Positions 1-10,081 of a DNA stretch of 64,000 nt are shown piece after piece. Source of the DNA: Klebsiella phage KP13-16; the sequence record OP617741.1. The stretch is one strand, 5' to 3'. Position numbers and translations under genes: made by a program. The notes beneath the pieces are model-generated. The model was given only the letters and a program-made list of their open reading frames with translations. It was not told the DNA's origin and did not search any database. The stretch's first letter is position 1; the number at the start of each line of letters is the position of its first letter.

Positions 1-48
1 TTGCAGTAATCAAAGTATTCCATACGTCAAAAGAGATATGCTTAATCA

Positions 49-324
49 TTATTTTTCTCCAGATGTTTTAAGATCTTGTAAGATTTCTTTGCCTAGTAAT
101 GAAAGTCTTATACTATACCAACTAGATTTAAGTTTCAAACAATCACTACAAAATTCTACTAGACCTTTTTTATAGAGCACAGGGATTGATTTACAGTTTA
201 CCCTATCTACGGAGTATCTTACACTTCGATCTTCTTCACCTTTGAGACCATCACCTCTCATGAAGTATCTTGTACCAGAATTCATTCTACGTAAAGTGTA
301 GATTTGTGCATCTGATAATTTCAT
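49..324 (-). CDS. hypothetical protein (91 aa)
   Basis: ORF track; compact packing with neighbours; no recognisable motif. Confidence 0.35.
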   Translation of the reverse strand: MKLSDAQIYTLRRMNSGTRYFMRGDGLKGEEDRSVRYSVDRVNCKSIPVLYKKGLVEFCSDCLKLKSSWYSIRLSLLGKEILQDLKTSGEK

Positions 325-326
325 TA

Positions 327-632
327 TTAAGCTGCTCCATTACAGGTAAAGAAAAAGTCATAGAATTCGGCTATGATTCCATCATCCATATAATCCTCAA
401 TACCACCTAGAGCACCATCCTCTTCCCAATTATCAAGGCCAGCCCTAGCACCTTTAAGTGCACAAGCCCAAGCTATCGCATACTGATCTTCTGAACAGTT
501 ATTCTTAATCTCATTGGCGTATTCAAATATCTTTGTAGCAGAGATTTCAGTAGTGAACTCATTAAAGATATTAAATTCTTCACTTTTGAAAATGAAATCT
601 TCTGCTTGAAAACCCAGTGTACGTTTCATCAA
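327..632 (-). CDS. hypothetical protein (101 aa)
   Basis: ORF track; no recognisable motif. Confidence 0.35.
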   Translation of the reverse strand: MMKRTLGFQAEDFIFKSEEFNIFNEFTTEISATKIFEYANEIKNNCSEDQYAIAWACALKGARAGLDNWEEDGALGGIEDYMDDGIIAEFYDFFFTCNGAA

Positions 633-676
633 TAAGCCCTCTTATGTTTTGATGAACTGATTATGCCACATTCAAA

Positions 677-1252
677 TCAAAAAGCAACACCTTTTTTAAA
701 GTTTCTTTCTATTGCTAGAGATGCCCTTGGTTCAGCAAGACCTGTACCATACACGTAAGGGATACCTTTTGGTGAGATTCTTTCTCCAAAACTTCCTAAC
801 TCTAAGTCTCCGTACATCACATCATAACCAATATCTGTTTGAATGATGTCTGTTTTTAGATCAAACTCTAGGAAAAACAGAGACATTCTTTTAGCCCAGA
901 AAACTGAATAATCTACTGGACCTTTAGGGTTATAATCAAAAATTTCTAATTTTAAAAAGATGTTAAAATGAGTCTCATCAAGAATTGGTTCGTCTCTATA
1001 ACAAGGCGTCAATGCAATAAGCGGTTTAATCCCATCTGTTATCTCTCCATCTTTCTCTAGCTGAAGGAAAGATTGTTCTGCACTGGCAACGTATTGTTTA
1101 CCATTGTAGTGTGTCATTCTACGATCTACAACACCAGGTGGACAAGTCCACTTCATAATATCTGGGTCCACTAAGTATGGTACGCTTGATAAAACACAAT
1201 CTGTGCTATACCAATCAATAGCTTTTTGAATCAAGTCGAGGTTTATGTTCAT
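677..1252 (-). CDS. class II aminoacyl-tRNA-synthetase-like catalytic core protein (AsnA/AspRS-type, truncated)
   Basis: motif-2-like CYRDE...HFNIFLKLEIF (cf. AspRS CFRDE...EFTQIDVE) and motif-3-like GTGLAEPRASLAIER; only 191 aa. Confidence 0.4.
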   Translation of the reverse strand: MNINLDLIQKAIDWYSTDCVLSSVPYLVDPDIMKWTCPPGVVDRRMTHYNGKQYVASAEQSFLQLEKDGEITDGIKPLIALTPCYRDEPILDETHFNIFLKLEIFDYNPKGPVDYSVFWAKRMSLFFLEFDLKTDIIQTDIGYDVMYGDLELGSFGERISPKGIPYVYGTGLAEPRASLAIERNFKKGVAF

Positions 1253-1500
1253 GATCGATGACCTTCTTTAAACGCACGTTTTGTGATATCTGAGAACTTT
1301 TTAAGATCTGCAATCTTCATGTCAGGAAAGTTTTCTTCCATGAAACCTTCAATAGCACCGTATAAATCAGAGAGTTCTACCAACATCATAATGTAGCTAC
1401 CTTGTTGATGTGCATCTAGAAGTTCTTCTACTTCCTCCTGAATCTTACCTAATGATCCATAACGACGTTTTTCAATTTCTTTAATGTGATAACCAGCCAT
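1249..1500 (-). CDS. MazG-like nucleotide pyrophosphohydrolase domain protein
   Basis: 83 aa; EEVEELLDA and LVELSDLYG helices typical of MazG/dUTPase-like all-alpha NTP-PPase. Confidence 0.5.
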   Translation of the reverse strand: MAGYHIKEIEKRRYGSLGKIQEEVEELLDAHQQGSYIMMLVELSDLYGAIEGFMEENFPDMKIADLKKFSDITKRAFKEGHRS

Positions 1501-1512
1501 TTTTAATCTCCA

Positions 1513-2022
1513 TTATGTATCTGATTTTGGAACATAGAAATCATGGTCTTTATAGCTTGCAACCTTTTTCATTGATTTTAACCAAGCTACTCTTGTACCT
1601 CTCTTGACATAAAAGATAGCACCTTTAGTTCGGTCGTGCAATACCCTCAGAGAAGGATCTTCATTCTCTAATAAAATCAAAAATTTAGCTAAGTTTTTAG
1701 CTTTATTCCAGGTGTCTTTTTCATAAATTCTTACAGGACTTCCTGTTAAGTATGAAAATTGATTCTTTTGATAAACTACTTTTTTGATTTTAGAGGGGTA
1801 ATCTTCATGATTTTTCCTATTTAAAATTACATTACCTACCATCAACATACCTTTTTCACCCTCTCCACGTGCCTCAGCATACATAGAGCACGCCAGAACG
1901 AGCGTGGTTGAATCTTTCTTAGTGCAGGTGTGTAATGGCTTATCTTTACTTGAAGTGCTCGCAGCAGCGTTCTGAAGCGCTAGTATCGCTGTCAACAAAA
2001 TCATTGGCAGTTTCTTTAGCAA
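1513..2022 (-). CDS. SleB/CwlJ-family cell wall hydrolase with signal peptide
   Basis: N-terminal signal peptide (MLKKLPMILLTAILALQNAAA); MYAEARGEG...GNVILNR...QKNQFS matches Hydrolase_2 (SleB) signature. Confidence 0.65.
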   Translation of the reverse strand: MLKKLPMILLTAILALQNAAASTSSKDKPLHTCTKKDSTTLVLACSMYAEARGEGEKGMLMVGNVILNRKNHEDYPSKIKKVVYQKNQFSYLTGSPVRIYEKDTWNKAKNLAKFLILLENEDPSLRVLHDRTKGAIFYVKRGTRVAWLKSMKKVASYKDHDFYVPKSDT

Positions 2023-2040
2023 AAGTCCTCCTTATATTTT

Positions 2041-2072
2041 AAAAATAGTAAAGGGGCAATTAGCCCCTTTTA
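2041..2072 (-). terminator. rho-independent terminator hairpin after telA
   Basis: AAAGGGGC-aatta-GCCCCTTT stem followed by U-run on minus strand. Confidence 0.55.
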
Positions 2073-2086
2073 GTCAATATAAAATT

Positions 2087-3163
2087 TTATACACTACGTA
2101 ATGCATCCTCCATATCTACCAAAGATTTTTCAATTTTTTTGGCATTTTCTTTACGTACATTATTACCATTCTTATCAATCTCTACAACTTCTTTTATAGA
2201 ATTGATAATGACATTAGTAGCTTCTACCATAATATCTACATCAGCAATCCCTCTTTGATTTGCTTTAGCTGAATCTACCATATTTTGTCCTACCTGTTTA
2301 GCAGTTTCTTGAATTAAGTTGTTAGTAAAATCATCCATAACTTTTGCTTGAGCAATTTGTTGTCGCTGATTTTCTGCGTTTAATGCCAGGGACATTTTCT
2401 TTTCCCAGTATGGGATTGTTAACTCAAGAATATCATTGAACTTATTCACATTATTGAAGTTGGTAACTTGCATCATACGTATCTCTGGTGCAGCAATAGC
2501 ACTCAGTTGGTGCATTTTATTTACTTTATCTGCTTGTTTACTTAGTGCATTAACTTTCATTCGAGTTTCTTCGATTTGATCTACAGAGGCATTTGTATTA
2601 ATTAAGTTTTGTAGGTAACTCTCAGCTTGTTCAAGTGCATCATTAACAAGAATTTTATTTTGCTCCCACATACGAACTTCTTCAAGGTTTGCCTTATACA
2701 TAGATTCTAACCACTTACCTTCTTCTTCCATTTCAATAAGTTTCGTCTTAAGGTTAGCTGCAACATCTGTAATTTGTTTACGCACAGTAGTAAATTGAGC
2801 TTTCACTTCAGCTTTACGATCAATAAACTTATTACGTAAACTTTTTAAGAAACCAACTTTGCCATCAGCTAAAGAACCAATATCTACTTTTTCAGATAGG
2901 GCCATAATTTGAGTAAAGCCTTGTGCCATTACACCACTATCTGCAACAAGAGTTTTAGATAAGATTTGATTATTAATTTCCGATTGTTTTGAATTTTTAA
3001 CAATACCAAAATTTTGAATTTCACTCAATTCCATTGCATAAGTATTACCTTCTGCATCTTTTAAAATAGGTAAAGATTTTACAGGCTGAGTAAATGTTGT
3101 AGAGTTTTTGTTTGCAACATTTTCAGCAGCTTGTGTTTTATTGAATAGATTACCATATGACAT
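2087..3163 (-). CDS. telA: TelA (toxic anion resistance) family protein
   Basis: 358 aa coiled-coil protein; GFLKSL...KF, IPYWEKKMSLAL, QRGIADVDIMVE align to TelA/YceH blocks (GFLSKLP, IPLWKNQIVIAL, ERGIIDIETL). Confidence 0.65.
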   Translation of the reverse strand: MSYGNLFNKTQAAENVANKNSTTFTQPVKSLPILKDAEGNTYAMELSEIQNFGIVKNSKQSEINNQILSKTLVADSGVMAQGFTQIMALSEKVDIGSLADGKVGFLKSLRNKFIDRKAEVKAQFTTVRKQITDVAANLKTKLIEMEEEGKWLESMYKANLEEVRMWEQNKILVNDALEQAESYLQNLINTNASVDQIEETRMKVNALSKQADKVNKMHQLSAIAAPEIRMMQVTNFNNVNKFNDILELTIPYWEKKMSLALNAENQRQQIAQAKVMDDFTNNLIQETAKQVGQNMVDSAKANQRGIADVDIMVEATNVIINSIKEVVEIDKNGNNVRKENAKKIEKSLVDMEDALRSV

Positions 3164-3173
3164 AATTTAATCC

Positions 3174-4052
3174 TCAAAGTTTATCAATATCATTAATCAC
3201 GTTAAGCGCTTCAGAATCTAAAGTGCTACTCATTAAGGTTTGGATCTTAGCATACAAAAATGGAATTGTCATGTTTTTTAAGTTCTCGTATGCTTCAAGA
3301 TCTTTCTCAAGAAGTTGGTAAGTATTTTTTAATTGCAATTCTGAAATACTTATTAAACCACTTACTTGTTTTAATTTCTCTAATCTAACAGTTCCCTTAA
3401 AATCATCACTATTTATCATGTAAGTTGCAGCAACAATAGCACACTCCAGGTCACTTTTTAAATCCAAAATTTTAGCTTCTATAGATCTCATTTCTGATTT
3501 TAAAAACATGCTGGTGTTATATTTGGACTTGTTCTTAAATTGTTCCAAGTTTAATTTAATCTCTTGGATAACTTCGGTAATAATTTCCTGAGTTAACTTA
3601 AACTCCTCATTAGAACCTAAAATACGTGATAGTAGGCTAGGCTTCTTTTGCGGTCCCTTTAACTTGGAAACAGTCTGTTTTATATCATTGAAGAGGGTTT
3701 GTACTTGAAGTCTGCCACTAGTAAATTCCATTGCTAAATCTAACTCACATTGTGAAACTTCTTGATTGATGGTAGTGAGTTTCTTGAAGTTATTATCAAA
3801 ATTATCTATCCAGCTTATCACAGCATGGGTACTAATTTTAGCATCAATAGTTTGAATATCTTTTACTCGTGCATCAATTTGTTTTTCAGGGAAAACTGAT
3901 TTTATTTTAGTAACTTCGGGAACAGATACCGAATTGCCAAATATATTTTTATATGACATGTTTGATTCCTGTTTAGTTTGTTTTTGACTGTCAGAGAACA
4001 GATTAGAATAATCTTTTTGTTTATTGAAAAGGTTTTTATAGTCTGCACTCAT
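3174..4052 (-). CDS. TelA-like paralog / coiled-coil protein
   Basis: 292 aa; N-terminal YKNLFNK repeats as in neighbour; C-terminal block IPFLYAKIQ resembles TelA IPLW block. Confidence 0.35.
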   Translation of the reverse strand: MSADYKNLFNKQKDYSNLFSDSQKQTKQESNMSYKNIFGNSVSVPEVTKIKSVFPEKQIDARVKDIQTIDAKISTHAVISWIDNFDNNFKKLTTINQEVSQCELDLAMEFTSGRLQVQTLFNDIKQTVSKLKGPQKKPSLLSRILGSNEEFKLTQEIITEVIQEIKLNLEQFKNKSKYNTSMFLKSEMRSIEAKILDLKSDLECAIVAATYMINSDDFKGTVRLEKLKQVSGLISISELQLKNTYQLLEKDLEAYENLKNMTIPFLYAKIQTLMSSTLDSEALNVINDIDKL

Positions 4053-4065
4053 TTTAATCCCCTCC

Positions 4066-4092
4066 TAATAAAAGGTGGGCATCGGCCCACCT
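4066..4092 (-). terminator. terminator hairpin after terD
   Basis: GGTGGGC-atcg-GCCCACC stem plus U-run on minus strand. Confidence 0.55.
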
Positions 4093-4109
4093 AACAGTTT
4101 AAAATGATC

Positions 4110-4691
4110 TTATTGTACTTGGTAAAGTTCAATCCAGTCAGCAATACTCTTAGGGTATGCTGTACTAACGTTCTCTACTTCAAAACCCGTATCCGTGCGA
4201 TTAACAACCACAAACAAGATAGATGTATCATTACTTGAGAAAGTATTCATCTTAATTTCTGCAAGAAGTTCGTCTGTTTCATGATTAAGAATACGAACCG
4301 TGCCATCTTTCATTTGAGAAAGGTTCTGTTTACGTTCCTTAGCCTTATGAAGATCAACAATAATTGGAATATGTTTACCTTTTTCAGGAACTTTATCTAG
4401 GGTAATCAGGAGAGATTCACCGCCATCATCCCCATTTAAATCATCTCCAGAACTTTTGATTGCTGGAGTTTCCTGTTGGTTGAAGAAACAAAAGTGTTTA
4501 GAACCATCCACAGCCTTATTATCTTTGTCTACAATAACTGCAATTACATCAAGATCATAATCATAGCTCTTAAAGAAAGAACTCGTTTTCTCTGGTGCGT
4601 CCCAAGTCATTTCAACACGCAATACTTTCAAATCAGATGCTTGAAATTTATCTAGTGACAGCTTAGAACCTTTATCCAGACTTAAAACCAT
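4110..4691 (-). CDS. terD: TerD-family stress response protein
   Basis: 193 aa; MVLSLDKGSKLSLDK N-terminus, DYDLDVIAV, GDDLNGDDGGE motifs of TerD/TerE/TerZ. Confidence 0.8.
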   Translation of the reverse strand: MVLSLDKGSKLSLDKFQASDLKVLRVEMTWDAPEKTSSFFKSYDYDLDVIAVIVDKDNKAVDGSKHFCFFNQQETPAIKSSGDDLNGDDGGESLLITLDKVPEKGKHIPIIVDLHKAKERKQNLSQMKDGTVRILNHETDELLAEIKMNTFSSNDTSILFVVVNRTDTGFEVENVSTAYPKSIADWIELYQVQ

Positions 4692-4753
4692 AATATTTTC
4701 TCCTGTTTTCGAGATTAAAAAGTGGCACTATCTCCAATAGTGCCTTTAACTAA

Positions 4754-5335
4754 TTAGTTAGTAAAAACACCTACCCATTCTTGAAAACTCTTATCATAAA
4801 ACTCATTTACTTGATTGTAAATAAAAGTTCCATCTGCTTGTTTCTCAAATACACCAACAAGAAGCGACTCATCTGTAGAAGAACCTTTTTCAGAGATATT
4901 ACAAGAACCAATAGTTTTACCTGAGTCAAGGTCACGAAGAACAACACTAGCACCATCTACCTGAGCAAAACTCTGATTTCGTGCTCGTGCATTGTAGATA
5001 TAAACCAAAACTGGAATACGATCTCCGTCTGAAGACACATTTTCAAGATTAATATCCAGGAACTCATCAACACCATCACCAATACCAGTTTGATTATCAG
5101 GGGAGACGTTAATTGCTTTAGTCTGTTTTTGCCCCCAGTATGCAACTTCACTAGCTGATACAGCTTGCAGATTTTCATTCTTACAGACTGCGCCAAGAAC
5201 ATCCAGATCAAAATCATGTGAAGATGAATTGGTATTAGGATTCCAGGATAACTCTACACGAACTCGTTTTAGTGGAGTTTTGCCATCTTCTTTAACCATT
5301 GGCAATGAAGAACCTTTTTCCAGATTAAGTGACAT
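4754..5335 (-). CDS. terD: TerD-family stress response protein
   Basis: 193 aa; DFDLDVLGA, GDGVDE, RARNQSFAQVDGA align closely to E. coli TerD (DFDLDASAF, GDGDDE, QARRQSFGQVSGA). Confidence 0.85.
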   Translation of the reverse strand: MSLNLEKGSSLPMVKEDGKTPLKRVRVELSWNPNTNSSSHDFDLDVLGAVCKNENLQAVSASEVAYWGQKQTKAINVSPDNQTGIGDGVDEFLDINLENVSSDGDRIPVLVYIYNARARNQSFAQVDGASVVLRDLDSGKTIGSCNISEKGSSTDESLLVGVFEKQADGTFIYNQVNEFYDKSFQEWVGVFTN

Positions 5336-5402
5336 ATTTATTTCCTCTCTTAGTTATTCAGTTTAAATATTATATTCAAAGTAAAATTTAAAGTCAACTC
5401 TT

Positions 5403-6116
5403 TTAGGAGACCTTATTAATCCATGCTGCAAGTTCACCATCAATGATTGCATTATACATTTGCTCATCACTAATATTTAGATTGTTAAAATTAACAAATC
5501 CTACATTATCATAACGTTCAGCAATCTCACGAAGGAAAGTGAAGTAGCTATCTGGACCAACACCTACTGTCATCCAATATACAGGCTCATCTTTGATACT
5601 ATCAAGTAGTCGCAAAGTCTCAACCCGATCACTGTTAGAACCATCGGTAATAAAGAAAACAAGTGCGGGAATATCTGAATCTGTTACAGGGACAGTTTTG
5701 GCTTTACCAAAACCAAACAGACCTTTCTTCTCTTCTTTTCCAAAGTAATGATGATGAATGTCTTTCATCACTGGAGCATAATTAGTACCACCCCACTCGT
5801 TTTTATATTTACCCTTCATGATGACGTTGGAGATGTATCCACCATAGTTTTTAGGTGTTGCAGGTTCAACCTCCATTGAGCGAGTATGGAATAGCCAAGT
5901 ATCAATAGTACCATCATCATCCATATTTGCAGAGACTGGGAGGAGTCGATCAACCAACTCTTCAAATTGACCATTACGATAGAAATCTTCTGCTGATCCA
6001 CTTTTATCCAGTGCAAGCGCTACACGGAGACAAATATCCTTGCGTTGAACACCAGCTTTTTCCAGGGACAGTTTTACAGTCTCAGTACGTTTCTCAAGTG
6101 ATAGTTTATTACTCAT
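5403..6116 (-). CDS. vWA-domain protein (TerY-like) with TerD-like N-terminal leader
   Basis: MIDAS DxSxS motif (LALDKSGSA), FFITDGSNSD; N-terminal KLSLEKRTETVKLSLEK resembles TerD N-termini. Confidence 0.55.
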   Translation of the reverse strand: MSNKLSLEKRTETVKLSLEKAGVQRKDICLRVALALDKSGSAEDFYRNGQFEELVDRLLPVSANMDDDGTIDTWLFHTRSMEVEPATPKNYGGYISNVIMKGKYKNEWGGTNYAPVMKDIHHHYFGKEEKKGLFGFGKAKTVPVTDSDIPALVFFITDGSNSDRVETLRLLDSIKDEPVYWMTVGVGPDSYFTFLREIAERYDNVGFVNFNNLNISDEQMYNAIIDGELAAWINKVS

Positions 6117-6136
6117 ATTAGTGTTTCTCCTCTAAA

Positions 6137-6469
6137 TTAACAAATAAAGCCTGTTACAACTACATAATCAATATCTAAAGATTTTACATCTAAGATATCT
6201 TGATAGTCAATCTTATTTTTAAGATATTTTCCTACTTCACTATCCTGCACACCATATTTACTATACTCTTCCTTGTCAGCCCAAGTAGTCTCACCGTATA
6301 GCTTATAGTACCACCGTGTACAATTGTCAAGAATTTCTTCATTCTCTTCTGCATTAATATAGTGTCCATGAATGACGCTCAGATTTTTGATCTCTTCAGA
6401 ATCAGAAGTTTCAAGAACAAAAAGATCTGTTGTTTCTGGAATATTTTCATAGATAATTAAAAACTTCAT
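6137..6469 (-). CDS. hypothetical protein (110 aa)
   Basis: ORF track. Confidence 0.35.
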   Translation of the reverse strand: MKFLIIYENIPETTDLFVLETSDSEEIKNLSVIHGHYINAEENEEILDNCTRWYYKLYGETTWADKEEYSKYGVQDSEVGKYLKNKIDYQDILDVKSLDIDYVVVTGFIC

Positions 6470-6481
6470 TTCTCTTCCTTT

Positions 6482-6856
6482 TTAATCACAAGAACTTGAT
6501 GAACTAGAGTCACAACTCCCACTACTATAGCTTCCACCATCATCACTACTAGAATATGAACTCTGAATAATTGCATTATGCACGTAGGTATCATCAATGT
6601 CAACAGTTTTACTTGAAGAAATGTTCCTTACAGAATTTGCTATGGTACTTTTAACTCTTTGAGTTTCTATAAGATGCTTTTTCATAGCAGAGGGATCTGG
6701 AATTTTAGTCTGATAGACACCTCCTAAACACTCAGTCTTTTTCACAGTAGATTGTGAGACATTGATCTTATTTCCACTACCAAAGCTTACTACAGAAGCA
6801 CTGGAATTACTAGATTTAAAAAGAGATTTAAACCAAGTGAAAAATTTCTTAATCAT
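6482..6856 (-). CDS. hypothetical protein with Ser-rich low-complexity C-terminus
   Basis: ORF track; C-term SSYSSSDDGGSYSSGSCDSSSSSSCD; start trimmed to MIKKFF. Confidence 0.3.
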   Translation of the reverse strand: MIKKFFTWFKSLFKSSNSSASVVSFGSGNKINVSQSTVKKTECLGGVYQTKIPDPSAMKKHLIETQRVKSTIANSVRNISSSKTVDIDDTYVHNAIIQSSYSSSDDGGSYSSGSCDSSSSSSCD

Positions 6857-7118
6857 GGTCTTTTCCTTTGTAAACATTACCAAGATAAATGAGATTATCT
6901 TTTTTAATATGATCTGTCAACTCTTCTGGTGAAAAATTATAAGCATACCCTACACCACAAAGATAAACTGCATTGATCCCAACTTCTTTTACAAAAAGAT
7001 AGTGATCTGGAGCTGAAAGGAGTCTTCGTTGATTTGGCACTAACCAACAACCATCACCTTTACCTGTAAAGACATCACCAACTTCAAAAACATATTGTTC
7101 AACAATCTTCATCTTCAA
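6849..7118 (-). CDS. hypothetical protein (89 aa)
   Basis: ORF track. Confidence 0.3.
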   Translation of the reverse strand: MKMKIVEQYVFEVGDVFTGKGDGCWLVPNQRRLLSAPDHYLFVKEVGINAVYLCGVGYAYNFSPEELTDHIKKDNLIYLGNVYKGKDHD

Positions 7119-7302
7119 CCTCTTGACCTAATAATTGTTCATACCAATTGACATAATCTTTCGCCATTTCATATAAATTTTCCGCAGAGTTTTGCTCACT
7201 TTGTGAAAAATCTTCAATTGACTCTGCGTTGCCAATTGCATCAAGACATTGACGAAAATCACCTTCTGTATTTCTAAATTGGCAATAGCTCATGTTGGGC
7301 AT
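7099..7302 (-). CDS. hypothetical acidic protein (67 aa)
   Basis: ORF track. Confidence 0.3.
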   Translation of the reverse strand: MPNMSYCQFRNTEGDFRQCLDAIGNAESIEDFSQSEQNSAENLYEMAKDYVNWYEQLLGQEVEDEDC

Positions 7303-7348
7303 TTAACTCTCCTTTTAACCGTATCTAAAAAGCTTGTACGAATCATAG

Positions 7349-8599
7349 TTAATCCTCACACTTTAAAAGAAATTTATTATTAATAACTTTAAAATGAATC
7401 GTTTGATTATTCACTTTATTAATACTTTTATATACATCGCCTTCGGCAATCTTATGTTTGATTGAGGAATGGTCTGCTGATTTCAATGCATCTTGAATAG
7501 AATGATACTCATCAAAGAAGTATACGATATCTCCTTGTGGGACAGTTGTCAACCCGAGAGTTGCACAAAATTCTAAGAAATCACTATCATCCAGAAAACA
7601 TTTGTTATCAATGTCCCATACACGAAAAGCATAAAACTGATGTTCTTCCAACTCTTCACGATTCCCTTGAATACCAGGACCCATACACTCACCTTGAATA
7701 GCAAGTTGACGATTATGCTGTACACAATAATCTTTAAGACGTGCAGGAATATCATCTTTTAATGCTGCTTTCCAAAAATGTGACTCTGGATCAAATTTTA
7801 GTGCCAGATTACGGGAACAAACAGAAATTTGACCATCTTCCCATTGGAAAGGATAAGGCTTCACTTCTACAATATCAAGTTCTCCAGTCTCTGCATTCCA
7901 TTCACGTACCTCATCATCCACTTTTTCAACATAGAATTCAGGATTACTCATAAAAGCAATAGTTTGACTAGAACCATCTAACTTAAGTGATTTACGAAAA
8001 CCAACACCTTTCATCGTTTGGGAATACTTACCAAAAACATTTTGAATACGCTCTTCGTCTGTTTTTGGGATGACAATGGGAAAGTTTCCAGCAGATTTAC
8101 AGTTTTGCAACCCTGTGCCACCATTGCGTTCATCTGGTCTTTCGTATTTTGTTACGTTAAGAAACTCTTCAAGTCCATGACGAGATTCTTCTAGCTCCTC
8201 TAATAATTCTGCCATTGCAGTTTCTACTGAAATAGGATCATCATTATCTTGCCAGATAACAGTTAATAATTCATTCCAGAATGATGAAACTGGGAGTGCC
8301 AAACCTTGTGAAACAACGCCACGAAGTTTTTTAGTCCGAAGCCGAAAACGTTCAACATTTTTATCATCCACTTTGCAGGAACTTCCTGCTAAAAATGCAA
8401 ATTGTTTTGTTTGCACTGGGACGAAAGAATCAATTTCGAAGAAGACACAATAATCTCCGATTTGAAATTCTCCTTTCTTTACTACTACGTCCCAACCATC
8501 TACTGTAGCTTTTACAATAAGATCAGCACCTTCAATAGCTTCAATGTTGTTAATCTTACGGATAGTAACTAAACGACGACCTTCAGTAACTAAATTCAT
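7349..8599 (-). CDS. ATP-dependent RNA ligase with N-terminal OB-fold domain (Rnl-family)
   Basis: nucleotidyltransferase motif I KLDGSS (KxDG), downstream FYAFRVWDID and IQGECMG motif III/IV-like; N-terminal ~110 aa OB-like (Trbp111-type) domain. Confidence 0.55.
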   Translation of the reverse strand: MNLVTEGRRLVTIRKINNIEAIEGADLIVKATVDGWDVVVKKGEFQIGDYCVFFEIDSFVPVQTKQFAFLAGSSCKVDDKNVERFRLRTKKLRGVVSQGLALPVSSFWNELLTVIWQDNDDPISVETAMAELLEELEESRHGLEEFLNVTKYERPDERNGGTGLQNCKSAGNFPIVIPKTDEERIQNVFGKYSQTMKGVGFRKSLKLDGSSQTIAFMSNPEFYVEKVDDEVREWNAETGELDIVEVKPYPFQWEDGQISVCSRNLALKFDPESHFWKAALKDDIPARLKDYCVQHNRQLAIQGECMGPGIQGNREELEEHQFYAFRVWDIDNKCFLDDSDFLEFCATLGLTTVPQGDIVYFFDEYHSIQDALKSADHSSIKHKIAEGDVYKSINKVNNQTIHFKVINNKFLLKCED

Positions 8600-8671
8600 T
8601 TCAACCCCTCATTTTAAATGTGTTTCTCTCAACAAGACAAACTATAAAGCTTGTCTTAGTAAAAGTCAACA

Positions 8672-9037
8672 TTATTCTACTACAGGAACTTCAAAATTAA
8701 CTTCTACATCTTTTTCTTCATCCCAGAAGAACAACGACCATGTTCTAGGAACATCTACTTTAGCATTGGGCGATGTCCAGAATTCAACAAATGTGACGTT
8801 TTCCACTTGACCATCCATGCTTGAAGCAAAAACCATTTCTAAACGTTTCACAGGTATGACTTCACCTGCACCTGTTCCACAACAGGCAACAATTCCTTTT
8901 GGAAGAACCAGATCAGGAACTTTTAGGATTTGAATATTAGCCCCAGGATATCTTTTCTGAAGGAATGTTAAAGCATTTTCTTCATCTAGACTCCAAGCAT
9001 ATTCTTCCATTTCATCAAAAATATCATTCATATTCAA
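8672..9037 (-). CDS. hypothetical protein (121 aa)
   Basis: ORF track. Confidence 0.35.
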   Translation of the reverse strand: MNMNDIFDEMEEYAWSLDEENALTFLQKRYPGANIQILKVPDLVLPKGIVACCGTGAGEVIPVKRLEMVFASSMDGQVENVTFVEFWTSPNAKVDVPRTWSLFFWDEEKDVEVNFEVPVVE

Positions 9038-9045
9038 GCTTCCTT

Positions 9046-9072
9046 TTTAAACTAAAGCCCCTTTCGGGGCTA
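9046..9072 (-). terminator. terminator hairpin after terC
   Basis: AGCCCC-tttc-GGGGCT stem plus U-rich tail on minus strand. Confidence 0.5.
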
Positions 9073-9075
9073 ATC

Positions 9076-10053
9076 TCAAGCTTCTTTTTTCTCAGGAAAA
9101 ACCAGACTTGCAATAATACCCAAGGCCAGAGTCCCAAGCACAATACAAAGACTCACATTTGCTGAGATATCATGTGGCAAGAAAGACCATTTTGCATTTA
9201 GTGTCTCACCAAAAGGATGGTAAATCAGTTTAGCACCTACAAACACTAGAACTACAGCAACGGCTTTTTCCAGATGAACCAAGTATTTAACTGCTACACT
9301 CAGTACAAAGAACAGTGCACGGAGACCAAGAATTGCAAATAACATTGCAGAGTAAACCAGCAGAGGTTCTTGCGTCACACCAATTACAGCCGGGACAGAG
9401 TCAAAGGAGAAAATTACATCAGTAAACTCCACTACAAAGACACACAACAAAGCCGGAGTTGCATACTTGATCCCGTTCTTAATGGTGATAAATTTCTCGC
9501 CATCTAGAGCCGGATGAACAGGAAGAATCTTACCAACCAGACGAGTCGCCCAGTGTTTAGAGTAATCAACTTCATCTTCCTCATCATCACCGCCTTTGAT
9601 AATAGCCAGTGCAGACCATGCTACAATCAGACCGAACAGCACTTGGAAAAACCAGTGTAAATTAAAGATTGCCGTACCTGCTGCCACAAAGATACCTCGA
9701 AATACAATGGCACCAGCAATACCCCAAAGAAGAATCTTATGCTGTAAGTGTGTTGATTTGATCCCGAAGCTAGCGAATATTGCCATGAACACCATCAAGT
9801 TATCCACAGACAATGATTTTTCTAGCACATACCCACTCAGAAACAAAGAGGCAAATTCTTTGCCATACTCTACCCAAATAAAACCATAGTATGCAAATGC
9901 TAATGCGATCCAAAATGCAGACCAAGCCAATGCAGACTTAATACCGATCTCTTTATTTTCCTTGTGTCCAAAGAAATCTACAAGGATTGATAGTGCAAGA
10001 ACTCCAACAAGAACTGCAATATCCAGAAGGGGGAACCCAAAATGATGTGTCAC
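9076..10053 (-). CDS. terC: TerC-family integral membrane protein
   Basis: 325 aa multi-TM; conserved EKSLSVDNLMVF and EFTDVIFSFDSVPAV repeats typical of TerC/Alx. Confidence 0.75.
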   Translation of the reverse strand: MTHHFGFPLLDIAVLVGVLALSILVDFFGHKENKEIGIKSALAWSAFWIALAFAYYGFIWVEYGKEFASLFLSGYVLEKSLSVDNLMVFMAIFASFGIKSTHLQHKILLWGIAGAIVFRGIFVAAGTAIFNLHWFFQVLFGLIVAWSALAIIKGGDDEEDEVDYSKHWATRLVGKILPVHPALDGEKFITIKNGIKYATPALLCVFVVEFTDVIFSFDSVPAVIGVTQEPLLVYSAMLFAILGLRALFFVLSVAVKYLVHLEKAVAVVLVFVGAKLIYHPFGETLNAKWSFLPHDISANVSLCIVLGTLALGIIASLVFPEKKEA

Positions 10054-10081
10054 TATTTTACTCTCCTCAGTTTAAAATAAA

